From the human T2T-CHM13v2.0 reference genome, Homo sapiens, in NCBI RefSeq assembly GCF_009914755.1, contig NC_060928.1: 64,000 nt of DNA; one strand, 5' to 3'. Of this stretch, positions 63,716 through 64,000 are shown in pieces. Made by a program: the position numbers and the translations under genes. The number at the start of each line of letters is the position of its first letter. The stretch's first letter is position 1. Under the pieces are notes generated by a model, which saw only the letters and a list, made by a program, of their open reading frames with translations, searched no databases and was not told the DNA's origin.

Positions 63716-63971
63716 TGAGCACTTTAACTTTTTTAGTCCTCCATTTTGTTTGCTACAAGATTTTATGTAAAGCTGAATAAGGAAGAATTAGTGGCTCAGA
63801 TCGAAGTGGTCTTTCTTTGAGCAAATTAAATGAGAACTTATCCCTATCTTATAAATGTAGCATCTTAGCACATATATGCCACAAACTCTCTAAAATGATA
63901 TTATTTTGATGAGCAAATTGTGGCCAAATGTGATTGAGGGTAATGAACTCCTTGGGAAGAATAGTGCTTAC

Positions 63972-64000
63972 TTCATCAGAAGCCAAATACACGCAGAGCA
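63972..64000 (-). CDS. BDH2: BDH2 penultimate exon (truncated by window edge)
   Basis: ...LCVYLASDE, donor GAA|GTAAGC, phase 0 joins to SAYVTG giving the SDR LASD-x-S-x-YVTG motif. Confidence 0.9.

Overview
Mammalian genomic DNA, almost certainly human (rich in Alu/L1PA; the exons match human SLC9B2 as I recall it). Three genes lie head-to-tail on the minus strand. (1) The 3' end of BDH2: last two coding exons and 3' UTR, about 59.5-64 kb. (2) The complete SLC9B2/NHA2 Na+/H+ antiporter gene: CpG-island promoter at about 58 kb and 11 coding exons that splice GT-AG into 1614 nt = 537 aa + stop. (3) A CpG-island promoter and non-coding first exon at about 1.4-1.7 kb, assigned to the paralog SLC9B1/NHA1 from known gene order. 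The rest is intron or intergenic DNA with Alu, L1, MaLR LTR and DNA-transposon remnants; almost all ORFs in the supplied track are repeat or GC artefacts. I found no clearly new biological system. Best leads: a candidate acceptor opening a 148-codon frame across the SLC9B1 promoter (possible SLC9B2 alternative tail or read-through fusion), two L1 insertions with apparent 3' transductions, a TSD-flanked 5' U2 snRNA fragment, a locally templated ~360-bp duplication, a hairpin-unit 24-bp VNTR, a MER85 piggyBac MITE in the SLC9B2 3' region, and a STAT/NFAT-like motif cluster at the SLC9B2 promoter. Repeat subfamily names and boundaries are by eye and approximate.
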